Of a DNA stretch of 64,000 nt, positions 1 to 12,769 are shown piece by piece (position 1 is the first letter of the stretch; every line of letters starts with the position of its first letter). The position numbers and the translations under genes are program-made. Location: assembly GCA_051362555.1 (NCBI GenBank), contig CM120643.1:15722644-15786643 (forward strand). Reading direction: 5' to 3'. The notes below the pieces were generated by a model. That model saw only the letters and a program-made list of their open reading frames with translations, was not told the DNA's origin and did not search any database. Source of the stretch: Lingula anatina (Eukaryota > Animalia > Brachiopoda).

Positions 1-694
1 CTGCAGATTTAATTGCGAATTCTTCTGTTGAAATGTTCTAAACCGAGAAAGAAATCAGATAATCACGGCGTGATAAATTATCTACTTTTAGATTTTATCA
101 TGATCGAAGCGCCTCATCACAACGTTAATAAAATTACGATTTAAACGTTTTCAGTAGCACGGCTACAATCCTTCATAGAACAGCCACGCTTGGGCGACTA
201 CACTGGGCTTGAACGAGGTCTACACGTCAACGAAGAATAGAAACCATCATAAAAGTAAATTAAAGAATAAAAAATTGCTTGCTAAGACATTAAAACATGA
301 TACCACGGCGCGACGCCTTTATCTTACTTAGACTTGATAGTGATATACTGGCTTTTAATCCCAACATTCTGTCAGATAGGGAGTTCGTTTTTTCCTTTTA
401 ACGAAAACCCACCCAGCTATTTTGATACTGTGTCAGTCATAAAGAAGAAACACGGACGGGAAGGGTATCGAAGTTTACCTTTGCCAAATTTGATATATTA
501 TCCGTCTTCCGTCAAGTTATCCCGTCTTTTTTTCACCATTTTCTCTCCTCTCTCCGTCGTATCCTTGTTTCGTATAAAAGTGTATTGGTTCTTGCTAAGA
601 ATAATGAATGTCAATAGATCAGGATCTGGGGTTAATTTAAGTTCTATGTGACCTCTGTGTGAAATGAGTAAAGTTCTATTTGACTGAGAAAACA

Positions 695-795
<101 letters not shown>

Positions 796-1568
796 ATACC
801 CTGTACAAGCATTTATCAAAACATTGCATTATCCGGCCAAATTTTCGAATATTTGAATTTTTGTTTTATATACATCATACATATTGCAAATGTTGTTTAT
901 AATGATAACAATTGAAATTCATAATATATTTTTAAAAAACTACTGTAAGCGAAATTCTTGCATCAAATTTTCAAAAAATAAAATATAATTAATTATAGCT
1001 GATGAATCCCCATGAAATTTCGTGCTAACTTTTAAGAAAAGTGTTCGCTGCTCGCAATTTGCCTAGAATGTCTTTTTTTTAATCTGAGAATAGACTGGTA
1101 AATATTCTTTAATCAAAACAAGAAAAGAAAAGCTTAATGAAACTTTACAGTGTGACTAATGTATGAAAATGTGATTTCGATCAAAGGCGTCACGGTTCAG
1201 GGCTAATAAACTCCCTTGACGAAGGGTTAAAAAAGAGCCCGTTAAACAAGAAAATTTGCTTTGCTTTGAAAAGTAATCTGTAGTCAGATGGAATTTTTTG
1301 CTTATTTTATCCAAAAATTGAGGTTGACTGCCCAGGGTTTTGTTGTTGTTTTTTCTCCAAGGGGGGAGTAAACAAGTACAGCAAACGCCTGGCAATAAAA
1401 ACGATCTGGTTGTCTTCTGTTCAGCCTGGCTAACAGCTACCACAGAGCCGTGAATAAAGCTTTTGAGCTTTGGGGGTATTTATTTAAGACCTAGTTTGTT
1501 GGTCAGATGATGCTTTTAAGACAAGTTTACTGTTTGAATATATTTACCTTATCATTATACTTCCCCCC

Positions 1569-1609
1569 CTCTCTCTCTCTGTGTGTGTGTGTATGTGTGT
1601 GTGTGTGTG
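1569..1609. repeat. Compound microsatellite (CT)n-(GT)n
   Basis: Seen directly. Confidence 0.93.
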
Positions 1610-4600
1610 CAGATTATAGCCAAAAAGAAACACGACTAGTATGTGACCACAATCCATGTATTCTGTACGTACATGTTAGCGAAATGTACGATTTCAAACT
1701 ACAGTGACTCATTCTTTCTATTTTTTAAATGTAGAACCTCATTGTTGATAGGACAATAGTATCGAGATATATTGACGTCGTTGGATAGTATTTTTAAAGA
1801 AACAAGTTCATAAAGTCCCGTAAACCTGCCAAATAGATTTTCAGACATGCGCACCGAGGCCCAAACCATTGTAGTGACTTCAAAAAAGTACGACATCAAA
1901 CGAACGTTAAATCTTTCTAATGTTGGTATTTTCTTTTATTTGCGTCTGTTAGTCGTTGACAGGTTTAACGACGGCATCCTACACTATAGAAATGTTCAGT
2001 AACAACAATCGCAAGTATAATTCTTCTCATAAGTTGCATGTTATTTACTAGATGCAGTCAGCCATATTTGATAGATACACCGTCTTCTTGCTGTTTCCCT
2101 CCAACGAGTTGATGGGTCACGTTACGCTTAAGAAAGAGCTCCATTTCAAAACAGCTCAAACCAAGACTACCTTAAGTATGTGATATTTCACGGCAGAGAA
2201 AAAGACAGAAAGTGTGGTTCTATCTTACTTATCATTTTGTTTCGCCCTCTTACATTTACTGACAACCCTCCCAAAATTCCCTACAGTCCAACCATTTTGA
2301 TTGTGAACTCCACTGGTGTTCAGATTTGATATTCTTTTGTTGATAGTATTTTAAGCGAAGCGTTCAATTATTTTAATATTTTTCATCGTGGGTAACCAGT
2401 TAACATTGAACTTTCAGGTGTCCATGTTAGCGTCTTGGCATCAGGTCGCCGTCTGGGAGAGTTCTTCATTCCGGTTTTCAATTAGTTTCGCTGATCGAAA
2501 ACAAAGTTTTTTTTTCGAACTAGGTAGTTAATACCGTGTTTTTCTTAAAGGGCGTTCGGGTGATGTTAGTTTGCGTGAAATGTTTGTTTGAATCTGGTTT
2601 TCTACTTTGAGACTTCCCGCGGAGGTAGAGCGGCGGGGGAACATTTTGGGTGGTGTTACCTTTTTGACGATGCACTTTCTATATAAATTGCGTTAAACAA
2701 AAACTGGGCATTTACCGGAAATACATTAGATAACGAGAAACAACACTGCTATAGAGTCTTCAGTGCAACAAACTTACTTCAGCTAAAAAACAAAAAGCGT
2801 TTAACATTTACTAAGTTATCCCAAACCCCTTAGTAAGCCCCACGATACTCCATGAATAAGCTATGAATCCGATTTTTTCACCTTTACAGGTATGCAAGTA
2901 ACAAGATGCTTGCTATGGTGAAGCATGGGTTTATGTTTGTTAACATTTCCCAACAATATATTACCATGTTAATCTTTATCTTTCTCTCAGCAAGCGCACC
3001 TGATTATTTTTCATGCCACTCAACATATTCGGGATACGTTGGCGTTCTGGTAAAGCGAGGATGATTCAATCAGGGCTTGTTTTCAGAGAAGGTGGGACAA
3101 ATTTCTGGGAACGTTGTTTTAAAATAATGTTGCTGGAACCTGTTTGAACGAAAAATAACACAATTGATCCCGCTTTCTTTTTATTTTGTTTTTAAATGCT
3201 TGTGTGTGTGTATGTGTGTGTTACTTGTGAAGTTCAAGTATAATGCACACAACAAATCATTTTGCTATTTGTGATTTCAATTTAATTGCATTTTATTTTG
3301 TTTTATCAATTTATTGGTTTCTTTATCCATTTTGAATAATTTGCATATTTCTTGATTTTTTCCTTCCTACTTAAGTGCAGTCGTTGAGGGGAGAGGGGGG
3401 GGGGGTAATACACATTGAAAACAAGTTGATACAAATGACCCACCGAGAGTCTGAAGTTGGCTACTGTATAGTGTTTGAGAGGTGGAGTGCTTTCTCATCT
3501 AATATCTCTAGTAAACTACCAGCAGTGTCATTTCCAATGACAGTATAATTCTAATCTCTGTTGTTCGTTTCTGTAACGCCACGTGGCTATAGATATTAGA
3601 AATACACGTACAGATACCATGGCCATGGTTATATTCCGTTGAGAGAATCAAGTTAATTTTGTATTACTCAACGTACATTTCACGTAGTTAATCAAGAGTG
3701 CCCTCTTTTGTCTGACATGATGGTCGGCAAACCATAAGTTAGTCAATTCCTAATTAAGTTCACAACCCTTGAAAAGTGTGATTCATTTTATATTTGTCAT
3801 TTACAAAATCTATTATATTTATTCTTGTAAGCTCAAGTAGAAAGAGATGAATCACACCGTTCAAAAAAGTGCAAACCCCATCTATAACCTATTTATTCTA
3901 TTTGGTTCTTTATTTACGAGAAAAGTGCCCGTTTGTCATCGAAGCACAGTCCCTCCTTTATTATTTATTACTGTAGCAAATAACATAAAAAACAGTTTTT
4001 ATGAGCAAGGTATTATTTATTTCGGAAGAACTACTTATTATTCAAACACAAGTAATAAATGATATATGTTTATTGCTAGCTTGCCACAGACTGTTCAGAG
4101 TTAAAAGAACAGGTACGCCTAATTATACAGACATTGCTTCATATAATTTTGATATGAAAAATGCAACAAACTTATAGTCACATATGTTACAATAAAGTAC
4201 TATACGGGTGGTACATCTTTTTCAGATGTATACTTTTGCTAACATCATCTTCAATGTTTTAAATCTGTTTTGTTCACGTTCGGACAGCAGATTAAAATCG
4301 ACTTTTTGTTTTGCATGAGGCATATTTCCTTACCTGGTTACAATGCAAATAGTTATGTTTTCATTAAAACATTATTTTTGAATTACAGGGAATAGGACAC
4401 ATTTCTACAACAAAATGTAATAAAATGTATATTTGGTCCGATTATCGGACCACGTTGTCCAGACTTAGGCCGAAACCTTTCCGGCTGTCTACCAACTCTC
4501 CGCTTTCCATTCCAATTAACGACAAATGAATCTTCTTTTAATTAAAGTATCCGCCATTGTCTTCCTGGCAAGCAAACTAAGAGACGTGTGATCTCGTTTA

Positions 4601-7080
4601 AGTTTTTCTGTTCACTTGGCTCGTCGAAGTTCCTCGCGGCTGCCGGCAATTTTCTAAACAGATGTGTCTTAGTAATTAATTCGCCCCTAACACCTAACCG
4701 TCTCACCCGTCACTCCTAAATATCCCTCACGTCCTTGGTTGAATGGAGTGCGTGACTGAAGACGTAAGAACATTATTATAATTTTCTTTGTTAAGTTAAT
4801 GTATTTTTATAAAAACAACTTATTTGATAGAGAAAATTTGTATTTTTTCTTTTGATTTTTTGTTTAAATTCATTAATTTAGTTACACAAAAAGTGATGAA
4901 TCTCATATAGAATTACATATCTAGATACAGTAGTATTCACTAATGATGATATTCGTGAACGCCAACCCCTTTTCTTAAACTCAGTTTTTATTATATTTTC
5001 AATAAAGTTCTCAACTCCTGCGACTCATGCTCACACATATAACTGTACTGAAGTCAAATGATAGCTTTAATCTGATGTCGAAACACAATGGGGAATACGT
5101 CATCAGCACCTCCAGAACTGAAACAAAGCTCTGTCATAAATTGTTGAAATGGCAACTACGTGATTAAATAGGTAACCGAGCTGAAGTTTGGCTCGTCGTT
5201 AGCACGAAACAGGTGAAAATTCCAATTAATAAAGAGATCTTAACACCGTAGTTAATAAATTGCATATTACACATCTGAGAAGTATATCATTTCAGGATGA
5301 TGCTTTTTTTCCCTTTCTTATCAATTTCACACTTTTGATAAATGCGATTTATTTTTTGTTGCAACAATGCAAATTGAAAGCTGCCTTTTGCGGCAATTGC
5401 AAATATGAGAAATAGCACATGAAATTTTCGGATATAGTTCCTGGCAATTTCTGACCAAGAAAGCCGTGTCTAGGTTGATTCTACTACGCATATTTCACAT
5501 TTTTATTTTCTGTTCGTTTTAACTTTTGTCGTCGTAGATTTTGTCATTTTTAATGATTAACATTTAAATATAATTTGTTTTAATTTATGCTGAAATATTA
5601 GTTCTTGAATACGACTGGATCAAAATATTTATTTACATGATTAAGGGCTTATTTGAAGTTACATTGTTATGTACGTATTAGAAGTGAATTTGTTAATGTT
5701 GCAAGGGCAACCCTACAAAATGATAAAAATATACACTGTTTATACACGAACGTTTACTGTTGAAATACTAATTTTGATAATTCATAATTTTTTTTCTAAA
5801 ATACTTAAAATGTGCACTTCGTCATAATATCAAATTAGTCGCTTTGTGTTTGATTTTGATTTCTGAAAAATAAGTTTGCATTCACTTTTATTGTACATAA
5901 CTAACAAAAACAAAGATGATTTTAATCACAATGATAAAAGTGGTGTTCCCTCCCTGTAAGATGGCAGGCAAGAGTACTTATTTCAAAGGGCGGTCCCTAA
6001 CGTCTGTCAGTGTTACGACCAGAGGAAAACTGTTCCTCATTGATGTGTGACACAGAAAGTTGTAACTTTTGAGACCCAGATTGGGCGACTGCTGCAGTTG
6101 TTGCTATTATCGTATCACAGTCACGGTTGCAGATGTTTACCAGCAATAACACAGATGGCGGCCTAAATATTCATTGTGGATGTTTTTTAAACCTGGAATA
6201 CACTGCTTCCAGAGTTGGACACATGAGAAAAATGTCACGGGACAAGTGCTTGAAGTTTTTGTCGTTGGATCAGAGGCTAGGATAGAGTTCAGGCTGACAT
6301 GTCGTCTTGAGAAAACATCCCAAATACAAACACAATTACAAAAAATATGTATTCATTTCCTAAATATTTGTGATAAATTTATGTTTGAGGATATACCAAA
6401 GTGCTTTCTAAAATAAAATACATTTTGTCCACGAAGTTTCAAACCAACAAATTACGCTTCCGCTCGATATTTTAAATATGTATGTGAAAACATACACACC
6501 TAAAGGCAGAGGCCTTTGGGGCATCACTGATACCTCCATGAAAGAGGATTATGATCGGATGTTCGATATTTTCCTAGTGTTATCTGAACCTGTGCACAAA
6601 ACAACCAAACATGTTTCCATATCTTTTTATTTCTGATTTCGTTTAGTGCACATAAAAATCACTTCCTGCAAAATAATGCCAGGCATATTTCGGTATTGTC
6701 ATTTATTATAAACCGCGGTGAGGCGCAGTAGAGAGCTGTATAAAAAGAACTTACCACTATAAGTCACCTCGAATTAGGATGTTTTTATTTTCTTTTTTTC
6801 TTTTGGCATAAAGTGAAGTGTTAATAATTTATACCGGATTTATTTAAGTCTCACAATACTGATCTGTTACATATTTCGCATTATTTTTGTTTTAAAAAAG
6901 TCCAACCTCTTGTGTGCTTATGGGTGAAAACCTTGTTTCGTTCATTTAATGTTTTTTTTCGTTTCTCAAGTAGAGTTCGACCCAAGAATACACGAATAAA
7001 ATATTTTTTCTGCATAGCTTTAAAGGGTCCGAAAGATATTTTAAAAAATTCAAAACGAGAAAAAAAATAAATAGAAAAAA

Positions 7081-7165
7081 TGAATTAATTATCATATGAA
7101 TGAACGAATAAAAAAGTTGATAAATGAATAAGTGAAGAAACGAATAACTGAATGAATGAGTAGAT
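7081..7165. repeat. Degenerate (TGAA/ATAA)n low-complexity tract
   Basis: Recurrent atgaa/gaata/gaatg units; explains the low-complexity tail of ORF 6946-7398. Confidence 0.6.
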
Positions 7166-9240
7166 AAACTAATAGGGAATACCCTACTTAGGACAGAGCG
7201 TGGTAGATCTGTGGTTCTGACTATGAGAGACCCTGGGAAGCAAAAGGAGCAAGAATAAAGGTTATTGCTTGAAACAGTGATATTTAACAACTGGCAGTCT
7301 TCACGATGGCCTGGCTCTTTCAAAAAAGAGAAAAAACTTAACAATGCCCAACTTCCAGAAAGACGCTCACAACACAACAGATGGTAAGGAGAGGACAATA
7401 AATAGCTGCAATAAATTTACTTTCTTGTGAAACAAATCCTGCAATTTGATAACACCCAAACGAAAGTTTTTTTTTCGCAGATATCCACATTTCCCCATTC
7501 ATAAGGGTTCTGGAAACAAATTAAGCAAGTTGTAATTTAGCTTTAGTTTTTCGTGAAAAGGACACGTCTCCTCGCGACATTCAACATCTTGTCCTCGTCC
7601 CTTTGTGAAAGCAATCGATTTCTTTCATCTTATGAAAGTAAATTAGTGTCGTCCTTTATTGATCACAAAGCATTACTAAGGTCTACTTTCAAATTTGATC
7701 CGCGAGCTGTAACGGATCTCCTAAGTTGAAGCGGGGATACTGATATATTTCCAAAGAACAAAAATACAAATTATTTATTCCTCTTGTGTGCAAGTGTGTT
7801 TGTATGTGAGCGGATAGCACTAAGCCAGAGTAACTGCTAAAGCCTCGTAGTTGTAGTTATTTCGGTAACTCCCCAAGCAGCTGAAATGTGCGAGGTTGTG
7901 GGAAAGCTGTCTAGCAGCTGAGGTCTCGGAGGGGCTCGTCTTGATTAGTTTGGCCAAATGGGCCTCGCGGTGCGTTACACGGGTTAGATTAAGTTTGACA
8001 TTAGTTTTCGTGCACTATACAATCCCTTGACATCCGTAGCTTTTCCTCCAAATTTCATTAGGGTAATATAACGTAGAATTGTTGCTTGCTCACTCCATTC
8101 AATACGGCCTCTCCCACGGGGGATGGAAGCCAATCTCCTCCCTGGAAGTAATTCTGTTTCGATACTTCAGGCACATCAGCCAAGACGCATTGGGTGAACC
8201 CCACCGTTCATTTAAAAGCAAAAAATCGAATTTAATATCACCGGCGTGATCTCACGGTGACACTCTTCAGAAAGTGTCACGGCTTGTCGCTTATAGAAAC
8301 GGACACATTGTACCGTTGCCAAGCAAGTCACCAAGTACAAACGCTGAAGTCGCAATCCAACTTGACTCTTCATAAAAAAAACCCGGGAAGTCATTGTTGT
8401 TTCAAACAATACCCTACCAAGAGAAGTGCCCCCTTCTTTTTACTCATGATCCACCTACCATGTATCTTATCTTTTCATTCATATCTCAATACCCTTTCTT
8501 TGTATTCACTTCTCAATCACAAAATCAAGAGAAGCGACGAAGAAAGTTTTCTTAATCGGTGGATAAGATGCATCGCGGTTTTCTCAAAACTGCCATACAT
8601 TGAGGACGATGTTATTTTCATATTTCTGTTCAATGGGGACATATGCCTGACGTGTAACATGTGGATATTTTCAACTGCGAAGGCCTGCAAAAAGTTCTTT
8701 TCCCTAAAAAACCTTGCATTATATAACGCAATAGAAACTGTCCCCTATTCCATGCATGAACGACTGTCTTTGTCATATTTTTACAGGAAAACTGGCAAAC
8801 GAATTTTTAAGATATAAGGGACTTTCTCTATCAACGTAAAGTAATACCTACGTGTTCGCTTTGAAGTTAGTAGTAGTAGTAGTAATTGTAGTAGAAAGAC
8901 TGCGTGAATTGAATAATTGAGGAAATAAGACAGATGAGACTTTCACTATATTGATTGTCGGTATAGAAAGGTCACGTGAGGAGGTAAATTGGAAAAAAAA
9001 ATGAAAAAGTCGTTTTTAGATAATCTGTAGAATATATGGTGCAGTTTAACGTGATGCATTGCAGATAGGCGAGTTATTTTCGTAGTTTTAAATGAATGCC
9101 TCGTAAAAACAAATTATTAATGTTTATTTTTGCTTTATACCAGGTCAAATTCTGCACCCAATGAAGAAAGGCCATTTTACCACAAAACCAAAAATAAAAA
9201 CCTTAAACAATGAGAACGCAAGTTATCCTTTCTAAGAACT

Positions 9241-9251
9241 AAAAAAAAAAA

Positions 9252-9290
<39 letters not shown>

Positions 9291-9304
9291 AATAAATAAA
9301 AAAG
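9241..9304. repeat. A-run followed by (TAA)n and (TAAA)n
   Basis: Seen directly; could be a decayed retroposon poly(A) tail (inference). Confidence 0.9.
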
Positions 9305-12300
9305 GCGAGTTAAGGCTTATACATATGGGGAGCTTGCTTTCTAATCTACAATGGAAATTCTTTTATGCCTCAAATACAGACAGCTATAAGAAAAGGACTC
9401 TTGCAAAGTATTCAATATTCGATACTGTTCACAAATTTTTGTTTCAATAAACACAATTGTAATTTGTAGGTCTCTTTGATTATCGTCATTCATCATCAGG
9501 GCGTGTGCTAAAACAAGACTTGGTTGCCGTGAGCTTTCTTTTCGGATGGACAATAATTGTGCGAAGTAGAGGCGACTGCATCTCGGACAGTCAAATCTCC
9601 AATTTGGCAGTCATGTAGGCGTTTTAGAACCGAAACGCTTTTTATCCAAAAACTCGCATAAAGCAGACGATAACACATTTCTCAGTAGATACTGTCCTCC
9701 TATCTGGATCTAAATTAGCGAGTTTTTGTAAACAGCTAGTTGTAGCACGAGGCAATACAGACTACTGATTGCTCCACTGCAATCGACAGTCTGAAACCAA
9801 GTTAAAAGCCTTATCTCAACGGAAAACATCACAGAATACAAGCATCTACTCAATATAGCCGTCCCCTCTTCACAAATCTCAGTTTCTAATTCCGCAGACG
9901 AGAGGCTTTAATCGACTGAGATTGCTCAGAAAACATTCTCGACTGGAAGTAGCATTAAAGCATCACTGGCATTAAGCCGGCAATATTATAAACGCGCCAT
10001 AATCAGTCCATAATCGCCCTATAATGGGGCGTATTGAGTCCTTAAAGTAAGAGAAATAGCGCTGTTTGATAGTATGTGTGCTCACCTAGGGAAAACGGCT
10101 GAGAGTTCATGAGTGCGTTCGTAGAATTGACAGCGCTCTTTTTCTTCTATCCCTCGTCTGAAAGGCCTATAAACATGCACTGTCGCCGTTATGTATTGTA
10201 TTGTTATGATTGACTATTTATTTTGGGTTCAGCTGTTATTATTTTGTTGATAACATGAACTTCAAATTGAGAGCTATGCTCTAGAAACGATACACTCTTC
10301 TCTAACATATCGGTTTATTTTGGACGAGAATAATCCCAAACTGATATGTTGTATGCGACGAGTTCAGACATAATGCACCGCCGCTTTATCTCTTGGCAGC
10401 AACTGTAGGCGTTTGCTGAAATTCAAGTTTTAACATTTTAAAAAATGATTTCGCAAGATCTTATTCTTATCCTATCTCTTATTACATTTTTTCTTCGAGA
10501 TTATTTTTGTTATCATAGAAGATGAAACGGTCCCAGCTTAAGGTTATTATTTACGCTGAGATTTATTAGATTTCATTTTTCAAAGGCATTCTCGGGCAAA
10601 AAAGTACAAATAAAGCTTCGTGATCAAGACAACATAACAGGTATGCAATCCTTTGCAAAATTCGTATGCCAAATTTGATTTCATTTAGAAGACACAAAAA
10701 GGTTTCCCAAGTAGACTATTTGGAAGGAAAATACACAATCAACGATCCTAGGCCAAAAATATCACGCAATGTCTACCAGTTGATGATTTGCAAGCTAGAA
10801 TTACATATTAAACATTTTACACTGTATGCATTTTTAATAGTTGAACGTAGTGACAATCATTTGCACCATGCTTCGTTCTTTGTTGGCATATTAATTATCA
10901 CTTTCTGTCCAATAATGGCAGTAATTATGATTATCCTACCAAAGTATGCTAGTGTCGCATTGAAGGATGACAAAATCGTAACAAAAGACCTACACTGAAA
11001 TATGGCGGTAGACATTCGTCATACGGGCAAATACAAAACCCTAGCAATTTTTTAGCAACCATATGAAAATTACTAAAACACCTGATGAGTCAAAGTTCTA
11101 AAGAGAATGCTTAGATCCGTGAACAAAACTTTTTAATAAATTTCCGTCTTCAGTATAAAATCAAGTTCATTGTGTTGTCTGTGTAAGTATGGATTATCGG
11201 CTTATCCAAAGGTAAAGAGAATAACGCATTAAAAAACGACCCGTTTTGGTGCATGGATATATGACGAGTATGTAGAAAAATACACAAAGCCTTTATTGAT
11301 ATTTAGTATCATAATTCAAAATACAAAACAAAAATACGCCTACTTTATTTTGTATTCTCCTGTCGGTAAAAATATGCAAGCAAGTTTTGTTACTATATCA
11401 GCTACATGTAAATATCTTCATTTCCCATTGATTATTCATTTTGATTACTACAAAGTTTATTTCATGAATTTACCGACGATGAATATTTTGTGAGAATTTG
11501 CCTGTTGTTAGTAGCATATTGGTGTGGCCGCCGATGTGTTTGAAGTTATTACGTTGCAAACAGCAGATACGGGCTACAATGTACATGTAGTGTGAAACTT
11601 TCACCACCATGAGGGCTGACAAGCCGCTTTACTTTCATTATTACGACACAATCGGATTAAAATTAGACGTCGAATGAAATATTAAAACCTGAAATAATGC
11701 AACCTGGTGACGATTTGACGATTATAGTTGTTAGCGTCTGAACCTGCATGACGGGAACACCGTGTTCCAGAATTTGCACGCGTTCAAGACCAGATATCAT
11801 CGGGCATTGTATCATTATATCGCTCTGTCCATCTTTTTTCTTTTCTTTCTTGAAATCAGAGGGTGTTTTTCGATACACAATATTTGCCAATATTGTTTAT
11901 CTGTATAATCTGTATACATTGCATGTGGAATGAATACGCCATGAAATCAAAACATCTGATGGAAACTGTTTTGCCAGAGTGCGTTCGTATAAAATATCAG
12001 GTAGGCAAAAACTGTCTGGAATATACAGCGTGTTAATTTTCTCAATTACTAGCAGTTGTCTATTTAGACCTTTTTTTATAATTAAAACCATTTTTAAAAG
12101 ATAAAATTCGTATGTGGTCAAACTGCCGGTGAAAACAGGTGAGCTATAAGTATACGACAAAGATCGACACATAACAGAGTGACAATAAAAGATAAAAATT
12201 AACCACTCGGCATGGTTGGGTTGAACGTTGAACAACTGCACTTAAATTTTACTTCAATAAAAAAGGTTTTTTATCTTCCTTTTAAGTTGTTTTGTTGGCG

Positions 12301-12433
12301 CACCTTAATTTCCTGTTGTCTGTGTTGACACCTGTTTTTGAGTCGATAATTCACTTTCAAACAGCAAACAGATTCATGTTTAGGGCCATAACACTCTTCG
12401 GACGCAAACCTTGCATTTTGATGGCTTATTACT

Positions 12434-12769
12434 ATGCCAAAGGATCTCGCTGTTAGTGCCGATTTCGCGTTAAACGAAGCAGACGATCCCATTGTCTTTG
12501 ATTCGTTTTATGAGAGTCTTGATAAACATGACACTTGGGGAAAAATGACCGGACGTGAAATCGGCAAGAGTGTCACGAACGTGCTTTTTCACCAACCGCG
12601 TCTAGTTTTCGAGGGTGTTACGGCCCTTCACGGAAGACAACATCTATCACGACAGCGCCGCGCGGATGAGACACTCGGTCGGGCTGTCAGAGGTCCGCGG
12701 TTAAATGTAAAATACGGATCCTTATCTGACTTTGTCGTGATTTCATTGGTAGTAAATTTTCCAGAATGA
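12434..12769 (+). CDS. Possible single-exon 111-aa orphan ORF (unverified)
   Basis: ATG has A at -3 (actATG), composition is non-repetitive, and AATAAA lies at 12770-12775 right after the TGA. No family recognised. Confidence 0.15.
   Translation: MPKDLAVSADFALNEADDPIVFDSFYESLDKHDTWGKMTGREIGKSVTNVLFHQPRLVFEGVTALHGRQHLSRQRRADETLGRAVRGPRLNVKYGSLSDFVVISLVVNFPE

Noticed and set aside
8257-8817. Longest ORF in the track (186 aa)
   Set aside because: GTG start, F/L/I/S/K-rich composition typical of AT-rich non-coding DNA, no motif and no convincing exon boundaries.
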